Positions 46,429 to 64,000 of a DNA stretch of 64,000 nucleotides are shown one piece after another. The position numbers and the translations under genes are program-made. This stretch comes from the human T2T-CHM13v2.0 reference genome, Homo sapiens. Every line of letters starts with the position of its first letter. The first letter of the stretch is position 1. Under the pieces are notes generated by a model. That model did not search any database, had not been told where the DNA came from, and saw nothing but the letters and a program-made list of their open reading frames with translations. The stretch is from NCBI RefSeq assembly GCF_009914755.1, contig NC_060936.1; one strand, 5' to 3'.

Positions 46429-46618
46429 TCAAAAAAAAAAATATATATATATATTTAGTAAAAAGCAAAATAATTTATATAGGAGCATAGTACAAACAAC
46501 AAACATCATCACGCACATGCACATAAGGGACAGGTCAGGATTCTGGACTGGAGATGAGGATGTTGAATACATTCACACACAGGACAAGCGAAGCAAAAAA
46601 GTCTTGGATGCTGCTCAC

Positions 46619-46701
46619 CTTGACAGTCCCTTCACCACAAAGACTTTATTGGAATGTTGCTTCTCCAGTTTGCTCATCACCTCGTAGAGATTGTGGTTCA
46701 G
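46619..46701 (-). CDS. BIN2: BIN2 exon 9 (LNHNLYEVMSKLEKQHSNKVFVVKGLS+AG), end of BAR domain
   Basis: ctctag|CTGAACCAC...CTGTCAAG|gtgagc; 83 nt. Confidence 0.96.
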
Positions 46702-47156
46702 CTAGAGCCAATAAGAAAGAAGGGGATGCTAGCCAACTGGGAACCCGAGAGTGGCATATCCCTTCTCCCCTCCCCTTCAGACAGCTTCCCAAAATAAAAC
46801 CTCCCCCTTTCAATTCTGATGTGAATTCCTCTTCATCTGTCTAGCATTAGAGTCCAGGGTCCTGTCCCGCCACCCCCTCTTCCCTGTCTCTCTGTGTTCT
46901 AAGTTCTGCCTCTTCCATCAGACTGGCAGCTGTCTCAAGGCAGGGTCCATAACTGATGTCTGATTTGAGGTTCTAGCTTCTCACAGGTGATCCAGGGAAT
47001 GAAAACTCATTTTTAGGCCAGGCGCCTAAAAATGTAAAACTCATTTTACAGGCTCATGCCTGTAATCCCAGCACTTTGGGAGGCCGAGGTGGGCGGATCA
47101 CGAGGTCAGGAGATCGAGACCATCCTGGCTAACATGGTGAAACCCTGTCTCTACTA

Positions 47157-47342
<186 letters not shown>

Positions 47343-47911
47343 TCATTTTTAATATTAACTAGGCAAATCATACTTTAGCCAAATAAACTATGGAGAGTAG
47401 TATGTATAGCTGTTTGTGAATATAACTAATATAAATGTTGTAGTAGCAAAGAATCTTGGAATCCCAGGACTAGAAAAGACTTCATAAATTATGTTATATG
47501 GCTGCCTGTCACTGACAGGATTAGTCTTATTTGAGACCAACCACCTGAGAAACTGACTTGTCCTTAAACACTGCCCTCTCCAGTCCCCAGCAACAATAGA
47601 TAGATATTTCACAATGGGGTTCCCCATTTTAATTTTTCCTTCTATAGGCCTAACCTCCTTTATTCATGCTAAAGCTCAAATTTGGACACACTTACTCAGT
47701 TGTTAAGGGAGATGAAGAGGGCCCTCGGATAGTGTATATATGTGTTTCAATACAGTTAAGTACACAATCAAGTGCTCTTATTTCATCATGAGAGAAAAGC
47801 CAAAATCTGTGGTGCCAATACGGATATTTAAAGAAATCATGTAAGTCAAGGCTACCTTCATATTTACTAGAAAACACACCTAGGAGCCTCAATTGGCCAG
47901 ACACCTCTCAC

Positions 47912-47987
47912 CTTGCTCATTTCCCTGTAGAAGACATCCCTCAAGTTGGAAATGTTTTGGAAGATGGTCACATAGCAGCCAATACGA
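47912..47987 (-). CDS. BIN2: BIN2 exon 8 ([26 protein letters not shown])
   Basis: aatag|TCGTATTGGC...AGCAAG|gtgaga; 76 nt. Confidence 0.96.
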
Positions 47988-48180
47988 CTATTAGGAAGCA
48001 AAACCACAAACACATACGAGTAAGGCATGGGAAAGGAGTTCTTTGTTTGAAATACAAAGTAGGACTTAAGCCAAAACCAGCCACCAAGGCTCCTAAATGA
48101 AAGCCATCCCGCTGGGCACAGTGGCTCACGCCTGTAATCCCAGCACTTTGGGAGGCCAAGGTGGGCGTATCATGAAGTCA

Positions 48181-48450
<270 letters not shown>

Positions 48451-48934
48451 TCATCAGAGCTGGGCCAGGAACACACGTGATTCTTAGGAGCAGGAAGGCC
48501 AGGGGAGACAATATCAGCTCAGGCTGACACCAAAGTTTAACAGTTTCATGGAGTTATCTGATTTGGGCTCTTGAAGGGCTGAGGAGACATAAAAGGGCTT
48601 TGAATAATTTTTTAAAGGGCTATATAAATATAAGGCTATCTAATTATAACTATTACAGTAAGTAATTATTCTTTCCCTTTATGCAATACAGGATGACTTC
48701 TGCGCCTGTATGTACATTAATGGAATTCTCCTGTAAGTGAATCAAGGAGGTATACTTTTAAAGAAACTGTATTAAATTTCATTTCTAGGCCAGGCACGGT
48801 GGCTCATGCCTGTAATCCCAGCACTTTGGGAGGCTGGGGCAGGTAGATCACCTGAGGTCAGGAGTTTGAGACCAGCCTGTCCAACAGGGTGAAACCTGTC
48901 AAAAAATACAAAAATGGCCAGGCACGGTGGCTCA

Positions 48935-49227
<293 letters not shown>

Positions 49228-49465
49228 TTAGTCAGGTGTGGTGGCACGTGCCTGTAGTCCCAGCTACTCAGGAAGCTGAGGTGGGAGAATTGCTTGAACC
49301 CGGGAGGCATAGGTTACAGTGAGCCACACTCCAGCCTGGGTGACAGAATGAGACCCTGTCTCAAAATAAATAAATTAATTAATTAATAAAATAAAATAAA
49401 AAATAAAATTTCAATTTCATTTTAATTAGGAGTCACATAATGTTTTAGAATACATGTGTTCATTA

Positions 49466-49747
<282 letters not shown>

Positions 49748-50026
49748 TTAGCCAGGCATGGTGGCACATGCCTGTAATCCCAGGTACTCGGGTGGCTGAA
49801 GCACAACAATCACTTGAACTAGGGAGGTGGAGGTTGCAGTGAGCTGAGATTGAGTGCTACTGCACTCTAGCCTGGGTGACAGAGTGAGACCCTGTCTCGA
49901 AAAAAAAAAAAAGGGGGCGGGGCAGTGTGGGAATTTAAATCTAAAACACTTTTATCTACTTACTGTCAAGGCACACAAGGTGCCTTGTGTGAAGCAAAGG
50001 CACCTTTTCTGAATTTCAGTCATTAC

Positions 50027-50112
50027 CTATTATAAAGAATAGGCAGCTCCTCTAGTAGTTCTTGGTTCAGATCTTCAAACACAGTCTGGGCTTTGTTGAA
50101 CTCTTCCTCTGC
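50027..50112 (-). CDS. BIN2: BIN2 exon 7 (AEEEFNKAQTVFEDLNQELLEELPILYN+AG)
   Basis: cctag|GCAGAGGAA...TATAATAG|gtaatg; 86 nt. Confidence 0.96.
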
Positions 50113-50430
50113 CTAGGTGGTAAAAGAGACAAGACAATCTCCCTCAATTCTGAACCCAGTACTACAGCATGCCTCCTTCATCCTCTGCATTTTTTTAGGC
50201 ACTAGGCTTTTTAGGAGCCATCCCTCTTCTTCCCCTGACCATGCCCTCCCCAGCCTCAAGACTCTGACTATCCTTACAGCATCAGTGTCAGAAGAAACAG
50301 ATTTCCTTTAGGACACTGGATGCTGAATTTATAATTTCCTATACCCATGTTGGCCCAGCCACCTGCTACCACCATGGGGAGAAGGAGAACAGGAAGGGTT
50401 TACCAGTTTTTGTTGTTGTTTTTGTTTTAC

Positions 50431-50538
50431 CTTGGCAGTCTTGGCCTCATCTTTCTTCTTGGCATTCTGCACTGCCTCCAGGTGGTGTCGGGCACTGTCA
50501 TAGTCCACGAGTTTCCGACCCCGCTTGGCAATTCTCTC
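50431..50538 (-). CDS. BIN2: BIN2 exon 6 ([36 protein letters not shown])
   Basis: gtcag|GAGAGAATT...GCCAAG|gtaaaa; 108 nt; [13 protein letters not shown] is the amphiphysin/BIN N-BAR signature. Confidence 0.97.
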
Positions 50539-50600
50539 CTGACCCAGGGTAATGAGAAAGGGTGTGGATACTCACTTTTTAGTGGCCAGGATGTAGGTAA

Positions 50601-50825
<225 letters not shown>

Positions 50826-51761
50826 TAATTTTTGCATTTTTAGTAGAGATGGGGTTTTGCCATCTTAGCCAGGCTGGTCTCGAACTCCTGGGCTCATGTG
50901 ATATGCCCACCTCGGCCTCCCAAAGTGCTGGGATTACAGGCAGGAGCAACCGCACCTGGCCCAAATTTCACTTTCTAATAGGGTTTTGCGCCCATGGGGT
51001 CTCCCTCAGTATCTGGGAAGAATGGGGGAGTCTCAGAGGGAGATAGAGTCCTACAGAGCATGTGGAAATCTGTATTAATTATATATATGTAATAGATATA
51101 TAATTAAATACATATATATATTTCCACCTCCACCTCCCGCTGTATTAAATTTTAATATTTCCTATGAACCCATTATAAACTGGTTCAGCCTCCAGGAGAA
51201 ATGGCCTTGAGAATCACATGAAAGTGAAAGTCTGGATTTTTGGGAATTAGTCCCAAATCTGCCATTCATAGCCTGTGGCCAGTGGCAAGGCACATCTCTT
51301 TTGGAGCCTCAGTAGCCCCATCTCCCCTTATACAACTGTTATTTGAAAGAGTGAATGCTGAATACAAAGTGCTTTGAAAGCTCTAAAACACAATAAAAGC
51401 TATAAATTACTATGACCACTGAGAGAAAGTCTACTCAGCCTTATCCAAACTATAAATTATACCAGTGAGAAGCAAACTATGTCTTTGAACCGTTTCATTC
51501 TCTCAGTCACAGAATTTGAAAAGATCTTAGCAATTATCTGGTCCAATTTCCCATACAATACCATGAGGCTTCTCTATAACATCCAAGATAAGAAGTAGTT
51601 TGACTTCTGTTTGCACAAAGAACAGACAACTCACTATCTTTGAGTCTATTTCATTTCATTTTTGGAAAGCTTTAACTATTAGGAACTTAAGTCAGCCTCC
51701 TTCTAACTTCTTCCTCTGAATCAGCACGGTGCTTGACAGAGTAGGTGTTTAATAAATACTA

Positions 51762-52076
<315 letters not shown>

Positions 52077-52843
52077 CTAGCTGAATGAATAGATGAATTC
52101 TAATTCTGCTTTCTGGAACAGAAAGCAGAACAGTTTAGAATAGGTTGAATTCCTATTTTACCTAACAGACTTTCAAATATTTGAAGATAACTATTTGATT
52201 GCTCCATGTTTCCTCTTCTATACAATAAACATCTTTAGTGCCATCAGCTGTTTCTCACAGCTAAAAGGGATGCCTCTAACTTGGATCTAATTCGAAATCA
52301 GCCCAAATATAGCTTACTGAAATCTAAGTTTATTTTATTTATTTACTTTTTTTGAGACACCAGCCTCTGTCACCCAGGCTGGCGCACAGTGGCATGATCT
52401 TGGCTCACTGCAACCTCTCCCTCCCCAGCTGAAGTGATCCTTCACCTCAGTCTCCTAGGGTGGCTGGGACTACAGACACGCACCACCACATGACTATTTT
52501 TTTTTGTATTTTTTGTAGAGATGGGATTTTGCCATGTTGCCCAGGCTGGTCCCGAACTCCTGGGCTCAAGTGATTCTCTTGCATCGGCCTCCCAAAGTAC
52601 TGGGATTACAGGTGTGAGCCACTGCACCCAGCCTTGAAATCTAAGTTTAAACATAAACTTCACACTACTTCCAACCTTCTATCCTAACCTCTTGTCTAAC
52701 CCTCAACCTTAATCTTTCTCCTAACTTACCCAAACTTCATTCTTAATCGTGAGTTCTAATTCTACTTATAATGCTTAACCCAATATGTTCTCTAACCTGG
52801 ATGGGTCATCCACAACCCAGCCTTGATTCTGTACATTGAGTAC

Positions 52844-52939
52844 CTTAATTTCACTGAACTGGGCAACATAGATTTCCATGGTCCTTACAGCCTGGTCAGC
52901 CAGTTTCTCCTCGTAGTCTTCCCAAAGGAGATCATTATT
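52844..52939 (-). CDS. BIN2: BIN2 exon 5 ([32 protein letters not shown])
   Basis: ctacag|AATAATGAT...ATTAAG|gtactc; 96 nt, symmetric phase 0; amphiphysin-like LWxDY motif. Confidence 0.96.
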
Positions 52940-53509
52940 CTGTAGGATAGAGTCAGAGGCTGGTGAAGGCTCCACTTCCCAACAACAACTGCCTACCAGG
53001 GAAATACCCAAATTCTCCCTGCAAAAACCTTTTTTGTAGCACCGTATTTAGAATACCATGTTGGATTCTGGGGACTAGTCAGAGGAAGAAAAGAGACAGC
53101 CCCTACCCCAAGGAACTGCTCTATGGGAGTCTGAACATACATTCAGAGATTAAGAACAGGGCACAAGGTCAAAGCCTTGGACTCCAGAGCTTAGATGGGA
53201 AAGTTTAAGAGTGTATAACTGCATGAAGTTTGTTTTAAAAAACAACCAATCTTTAGGAGGTAAAACTTCCCATAATGTTTTAAAGAGGAGAAGAGGGTCA
53301 AAATTAGAGGGATCCACAGATTAGGGAAAACTTGTTTTTACCTTAACAGTTGTAGCTTCTTCCTACCACCCAGTGACTGAGGCTACACAAATGCACAGTG
53401 TGAACTGGCTCCTTTGTTTTCCTATTTTCTTGGATAGAGAAGCTAAGCTGAGGTTGAGATGCAAACAGGAGTAAGTGCCAATAAGTTGTAAAACTCAAGC
53501 CACTCTTAC

Positions 53510-53604
53510 CCATACGATGGCCTTCAGCTCCTCATGACCGTCCCACTCGCTGCTGTAGATCTCCTGCAGGGTTTCTGACACTCTTTTTGAACTTTCATGC
53601 ATCA
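53510..53604 (-). CDS. BIN2: BIN2 exon 4 ([32 protein letters not shown])
   Basis: tttcag|TGATGCAT...ATCGTATGG|gtaaga; 95 nt; contained in track ORF 53495..53689. Confidence 0.96.
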
Positions 53605-53910
53605 CTGAAAGGAGAGAATTCAGTCCCACCATCATGTTTCCCCAACAGTAGTTGGTGTAATCACATGGGTGACAAATCAGTGGTTCCAATTCAGAAGGAC
53701 AAACTCAGAAGGTTTAGGTTATATAAGTGAGGAAAGCTGGATGGGGCTGAAAGGAAAAGTCACTCTTCCTCAGCCCACAAAATTCCAGGAGTCAAGAGTA
53801 GTCAAATGATAAAATGACAAAAACCTGGGGGTATGGCTATTGTTTTCCACCCCAAACCTCCTAGTAGCTGTATAAATGCCCTCTGGATTCTCCCATGCTG
53901 CATTGCCCAC

Positions 53911-53965
53911 CTTTGACTGCACTAAGGAAGTTCTTCAGGTCCTTGTACAGCTTGTGGCCTTCTGC
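53911..53965 (-). CDS. BIN2: BIN2 exon 3 (AEGHKLYKDLKNFLSAVK+G), N-BAR domain
   Basis: tttcag|GCAGAAGGC...GTCAAAG|gtgggc; 55 nt, phase 0 to 1. Confidence 0.95.
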
Positions 53966-54761
53966 CTGAAAGAGAAAAGTACATTTGGTGACTAAAGAGA
54001 TTAATATTTCAAAAGATGCTCCAGAGGTCAAAGTCAAAAAGTAGGTTAAGAGCAGAAATCACACCTGGAATTTCTCTAAATATTCACAATTGTTATAAGT
54101 CAGCCTTTACTTTCTTTACCAACCTGTTGTAGGTGGTCTCTTTTGTGTTAGTTTTTAAGATGGGTGCTTGCTAAAGCTCCCATTACACTGGCGTCTTCCT
54201 TTCAGTGAACAAGAGCCTATACCCAAGTTCCACTGTTGAAAGGTAAGTGTTCTCCATGTAACACTATCTATGCAATTCTCTGGCTTGCACCCTCCTCTCT
54301 GGGTAAAGTGCTACCATTTTCTGCAGACACCAGGCCTTCTTCTTTCTCTGAACCCTCACACAGACATTCCTCTCCTCCCCAATATCCTTCTCTGACTTGT
54401 CTCACTTTACCCTTCCCTTCCATCAGTCACCTTTTATACTACTCCAAGGAGCCTCATCATTGCTTCTCCTGTTCCACCCCGAATGTCTTCATCTATAGCT
54501 CTATCTATCCCTGCTTCCATCTTTGCTCCTGTGTCTGAAATCTCATTTTTTTAGGCTAGGAACCCCAAGTTCAGACAAGGGCTCCTCCTCCCTCTAAAAA
54601 AGGAGAGGAAGGTATTATTTAGACTTGGAAGTTCAAATCTCAATCTGGTAGATGAACTGCTTTTGTTATAACTCTGACAAATGTTCATTTAGCCTCTGCT
54701 TCCCAATACTTCCAGAAACTGGAAACTAATGTCTTGCCTGAGACAGTATCACTTGATTTTA

Positions 54762-55124
<363 letters not shown>

Positions 55125-55621
55125 TCATAGAGTAGATCTAATTTCTCTTCCACACATGCTTGAAGACAACTTGCATGTGCCCTTGACCAAGCCTTTCTCA
55201 CAGGTTTCCTCAATTGTTCCTTATGGTGTTTAGGCCCTCTTCCCATTTTGGTCTCCTTCCTATGTGTAAACTCATTTTGAAGAGTTGGTTGGGAATTTAA
55301 GGCCAGACATCTGACGTTCTGGAACCTGACTTCAGGACTGTGGACTGTAGGGATGGACTGAGAGGTGCAGCCCACTTCAAGGGAACTCTAGGGAGCCAGC
55401 CTACAGATCAGAACAGACCAGTTCAGGGGATGTTGTACTTGAAAGCCAAGCTGCATTATTCAGTACACCATAAAATACTTGTTGTGAATTTGTTCATTTG
55501 TTAATTGCTGTATTCATTACTTGATAGACTATTGATGATACCAAAAGTGTAAAAAACTGGCCAGGCGCAGTGGCTCACGCCTGTAATCCCAGCACTTAGG
55601 GAGGCCGAGGCGGGCGGATCA

Positions 55622-55894
<273 letters not shown>

Positions 55895-56337
55895 TCACGC
55901 CTGTAATCCCAGCACTTTGGGAGGCCAAGGCAGGTGGATCACCCGAGGTCAGGAGTTTGAGACCAGCCTGACCAACATGGTGAAACCCCATCTCTACTAA
56001 ATATAAAAAATTAGCAGGGTGTGGCGGCAGGCACCTGTAATCCCAGCTGCTTGGCAGGCTTAGGCAGGAGAATCGCTTGAACCCAGGAGGCAGAGGTGGC
56101 AGTGAGCCGAGAGCAAAACTCCATCTCAAAAATAAATAAATAAATAAAAATAAAAAATTATGGGAAAGGCTGGGCGCAGTGGCTCACGCCTGTAATCCTA
56201 GCAGTTTGGGATGCCAAGGCAGGAGGATCACGAGGTCAGGAGCTCTAGACCAGCCTGACCAATGTGGTGAAACCCTGTCCCTACTAAAAATACAAAAATT
56301 AGCCAGGCATGGTGGCACGCACCTGTAATCTCAGCTA

Positions 56338-56479
<142 letters not shown>

Positions 56480-56604
56480 TCAGAAAATTCTATCTAGTGA
56501 CAAAATTTTTCCTGTGGAAATCTTTGGGGAAAGGTCACTATTTACTTAATTTTAGCAGCAGAAAATTTAGGTCTACTTGGTCAAATCAAAGAAAACTGGA
56601 CTAG

Positions 56605-56865
<261 letters not shown>

Positions 56866-57137
56866 TAGCCAGGATGGTCTCGATCTCCTGGCCTCGTGAT
56901 CTGCCCACCTCGGCCTCCCAAAGTGCTGGGATTACAGGTGTGAGCCACTGTGCTGGGTCTCAGAGCTCACTTCTAAGCTAGTCCAAACTTTTGATCAAAC
57001 TTCAGATCAAAAGTCCCTCTCAAGGGGCTGAATGTCAGTTTGAAGGGACATGAGGACACAGTCTTAAAGGAGTGAAAGGCACTGTCAGACAGGTACAGAA
57101 CTGTGATTGTGTGCTGTGTTACAGCAAATGAGGATTA

Positions 57138-57446
<309 letters not shown>

Positions 57447-57859
57447 CTAAAAATCAAAACCAATCAAGGAAGTGTCAGATGCTACAGAGACGTTAGAATG
57501 CAGGAAGAATTGGTAAAATTCACTGGATTTGGTAATGGGTCACTGGTGACCATGAGAAAGCACTTTCAATAGCATATTGGAGACAGATTCAGTCAGTTAA
57601 CAAAATTCAGAAACACTCAGCATCTACCAGAAAGGATATCTCACTTCCTCCTTGCTTTTTCATTTATAGAAAAAAGCTTAGATAGCCTAACATGTTAAAT
57701 GTATACAACATCTTTTAAATGTGGATAAGGGAGGTAGGTAGAGGTTTGAGAATTTTGAAAAGGTGATAATCAAGATTTTAAAGAGCCTTGAAAAAGTTTT
57801 GGGGATTATAAAAATGAACAAGGCTTGGCCGGGCACAGTGATGCACGCCTGTAATCCTA

Positions 57860-58180
<321 letters not shown>

Positions 58181-59909
58181 TCACCATGAAAATTTTATTT
58201 CAAAAATAAATACAATAAAGTAATAAAAACTGTTAAATTACCTTGCACAGGCTGGGAGCGGTGGCTCACCCACTATAATCCCACCACTTTGGGAGGCCGA
58301 GGCAGGTAGATCACCTGAGGTCAGGAGTTCAAGACCAGCCTGGCCAACATGGTGAAACCCCATCTCTACTAAAAATACAAAAATTAGCTGGGTGTGGTAG
58401 TATACGCCTGTAATCCCAGCTACTTAGGAGGCTGAGGCAGGAGAATCGCTTGAACCCGGGGGCACAGAGGTTGCAGTGAGCTGGGATTACACCACTGCAC
58501 TCCAACCTGGGCGACAAGAGAGAAACTCCGTCTCAAAAAAAAAAAAAATTACCTTGCACAATTTGTACAAATAAAGTTCCTAATTTTTTCCCATTAGTTA
58601 TCATATAACCTGAAAAATCAGATGAGTAATCAAGGCTACCATGCATAAATGCACAGTGTTGAAAACTAGGGGGTACTCTATCACAGCCCAGAAAATGAAT
58701 GCCTTCTGCTTTCCACTGCAGCTCACAAAAGCCCCGCTCCATTTCTGTGTTTTAGAATGAAGCCTTTTAGTTACAAAGTTCTCCTTTATGCTCTTGCTCT
58801 TTCTTTTGCGAAGATGAAGTATGAGTGTGAGAGTGAGTGTGTGTGTGTGTTGGTGGGGGTAGTGGTATGGAGTGGGGAAGGAGAGAGAAGACAGGTCAGC
58901 AACAGGTATCATTTTCTTTCTCTGACCTATCTGTCCCCCCCTGGAATATATCCAGGCTGAATAATCCCAACATCTTTCTCCTTTCCTGACAGATGTGACT
59001 CTCATAGTCTTGGGTTCTCGCTTGTCTGGGAGTCAAGAAACTTGACTTTACCACCAACTAGCAAGTTACTCCACTTCTCTGCCTTCCATTTCTTCATCTA
59101 TAAATGCAGGGTAAGCCAGTTCTAGCTCTAAATCTTATGACTTTATCACTTCTGCTCTCTGAATCCTTGCCGAATTCTTGGCATTGCCATAAAGAGTCTG
59201 AGTCAGTCCTTCCCACCCATTATACAAACAGTCCCAACCCTCAGTTAATGAACCACTCACACCAGAAGCTTGTCCTGAGCAGTCAGGAGGACAGAGCTAG
59301 GTCTTAAGAGACTGGGGTACTGAGGATGGAGAAAGTTCTTGTCCTGGGGTTCCCTACTTTCTGGAGAAAAATTGGCTCAGACACTCAGCAAAACAAGTGT
59401 AAATAGCATGCCCAAGTGTTGAAGTGATCAAGTGTTGAAAGTGCTTGGTTTAATGTAGATCTAGGAGGGAAATACGAAGCTAGATTATTAGATTTGAGTT
59501 TAAAGGTAATGAATTGGAAGCAGCTGTCACTACCAAAAATAACAGGTTAAAGTGTTGCTTGAGGAAAATAATCCTTCCTATGTAATACACTGAAGAGAAG
59601 GAAAAGCAGGAAGCAAGTAGAGCCTCAGAGAAAAATTACCTATAGAAGAAATGTGATCAGGGCTGGGTGCAGTGGCTCATGCCTGTAATCCGAGCACTTT
59701 GGGAAGCCGAGGTGGGTAGATCACTTGAGGTCAGGAGTTTGAGACCAGCCTGGCCAACATGGTGAAACCCCGTCTCTACTAAAAATACAAAACAACAACA
59801 AAAACAAAAAAGAAAAGAAATGTGATCAGGAATGTGGGCGAATGGCAAGACTTTGAAATCAGGCTAGGAAGTTTGGTATTGATAGGATAAGCTATTAATA
59901 AAAAGTTTA

Positions 59910-60149
<240 letters not shown>

Positions 60150-60884
60150 TCAGACGTGACTGTATTGTCACTGTCTTCCTCCATAAACTAAGAGCCTTGA
60201 GGGCAGGCAGGTTGTCTCATTCATGCTGAAGTCCCAGCACCAAACACAGTTCCTGGCACACAGCAGGTGCTCATAAAATGTTTGTTAAATGTATTTACCA
60301 AAAAGAGAATTTCAAAAGCATGTTCAATCAGCACTTATTATAGGTGTATCATTCTCTCAGTCAAGAAGTTTTTCCTTATTTTTTTTTTAATAGAGACAAG
60401 GTCTCACTATGTTGCCCAGGCTGGTCTTGAACCCCTGGCCCTTCCGCTTCAGCCTCCCAAAGTGTTGGGATGACAGGCATGAGCTGCTGCACCCAGCTAG
60501 AAGCTTTTCCTTATTCCCAACCTAACTCCATTTCATTTCTCAAACGTATTTTCCCCGCTTAAGTGATGTTTAAATGGTGGGCTTCCACAGGGAATTCTGA
60601 GGGGATTGTCCCATCAGATCTTGTTCTTCCTGATGGCGCTTCTTCTTCTCTTACCTTTTCTACCTACACATCTGCTCTTAGAGAGAGGACAAAGGGACAG
60701 AATGGGCCAAGAATCAGAAACCTTCCACAGTGGGTGTTAACTTACTGATTTTTCTTCTTTTCAACCTGGAGTTGGAAATAGAACAGTAAGAAGAGTTGAG
60801 AAGAGGCCCAGAGAGGCCTCCTAGTGAGGCACAGTGAAAAAAGCTGAGTTTAAGTCTAAATCCTGGCCCTGCAACTTATATGCT

Positions 60885-63560
<2,676 letters not shown>

Positions 63561-63721
63561 ATCTAAGATGGTAAACCAATAACAACAACAAAAAGTTCAA
63601 AAGTAAGATTCCCAGGCCCTACTCCCAGAGAACTTGCATTTAAAAATATTTCCCAAATGATTCTGATATACACTCAGCTACTGAATTAGATGATAGCTAA
63701 TAACCCATTAATATAATTTTA

Positions 63722-63943
<222 letters not shown>

Positions 63944-64000
63944 TCAGCTACTCGGGAGGCTGAGGCAGGAGAATTGCCTGAACCTGGAAGGTTGAGGTTG

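Overview
Primate (almost certainly human) genomic DNA. I recognise it from the translated exons as the SMAGP-BIN2 locus on chr12q13. Both genes are on the minus strand. SMAGP: CpG-island promoter and non-coding exon 1 (~21147-21310), first coding exon 20136-20207 (MTSLLTTPSPR); the rest of the left part of the window is its long downstream intron. BIN2: exons 3-13 (53965 down to ~31929), all with GT-AG boundaries and consistent phases, encoding most of the N-BAR domain and the Ser/Pro/Glu-rich tail up to ...ENPQL*. BIN2 exons 1-2 lie beyond the right edge. The remainder is very Alu-dense (roughly 90 Alu/FLAM copies by eye, many nested or stacked at one target site), with L1M, L2, L3, MIR, LTR and DNA-transposon relics. 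Nearly all ORFs in the supplied track are Alu-derived artefacts. I found no convincing new gene or new biological system. The best second-look items are: a candidate plus-strand terminal exon just upstream of the SMAGP promoter, a stop-free in-frame SMAGP leader, a quadruple NAGNAG acceptor at BIN2 exon 10, a templated-insertion repair scar inside an Alu, and two Alus sharing a private 8-nt duplication that bracket BIN2 exons 11-12. Repeat family names are from recall of consensus sequences and their boundaries are approximate.
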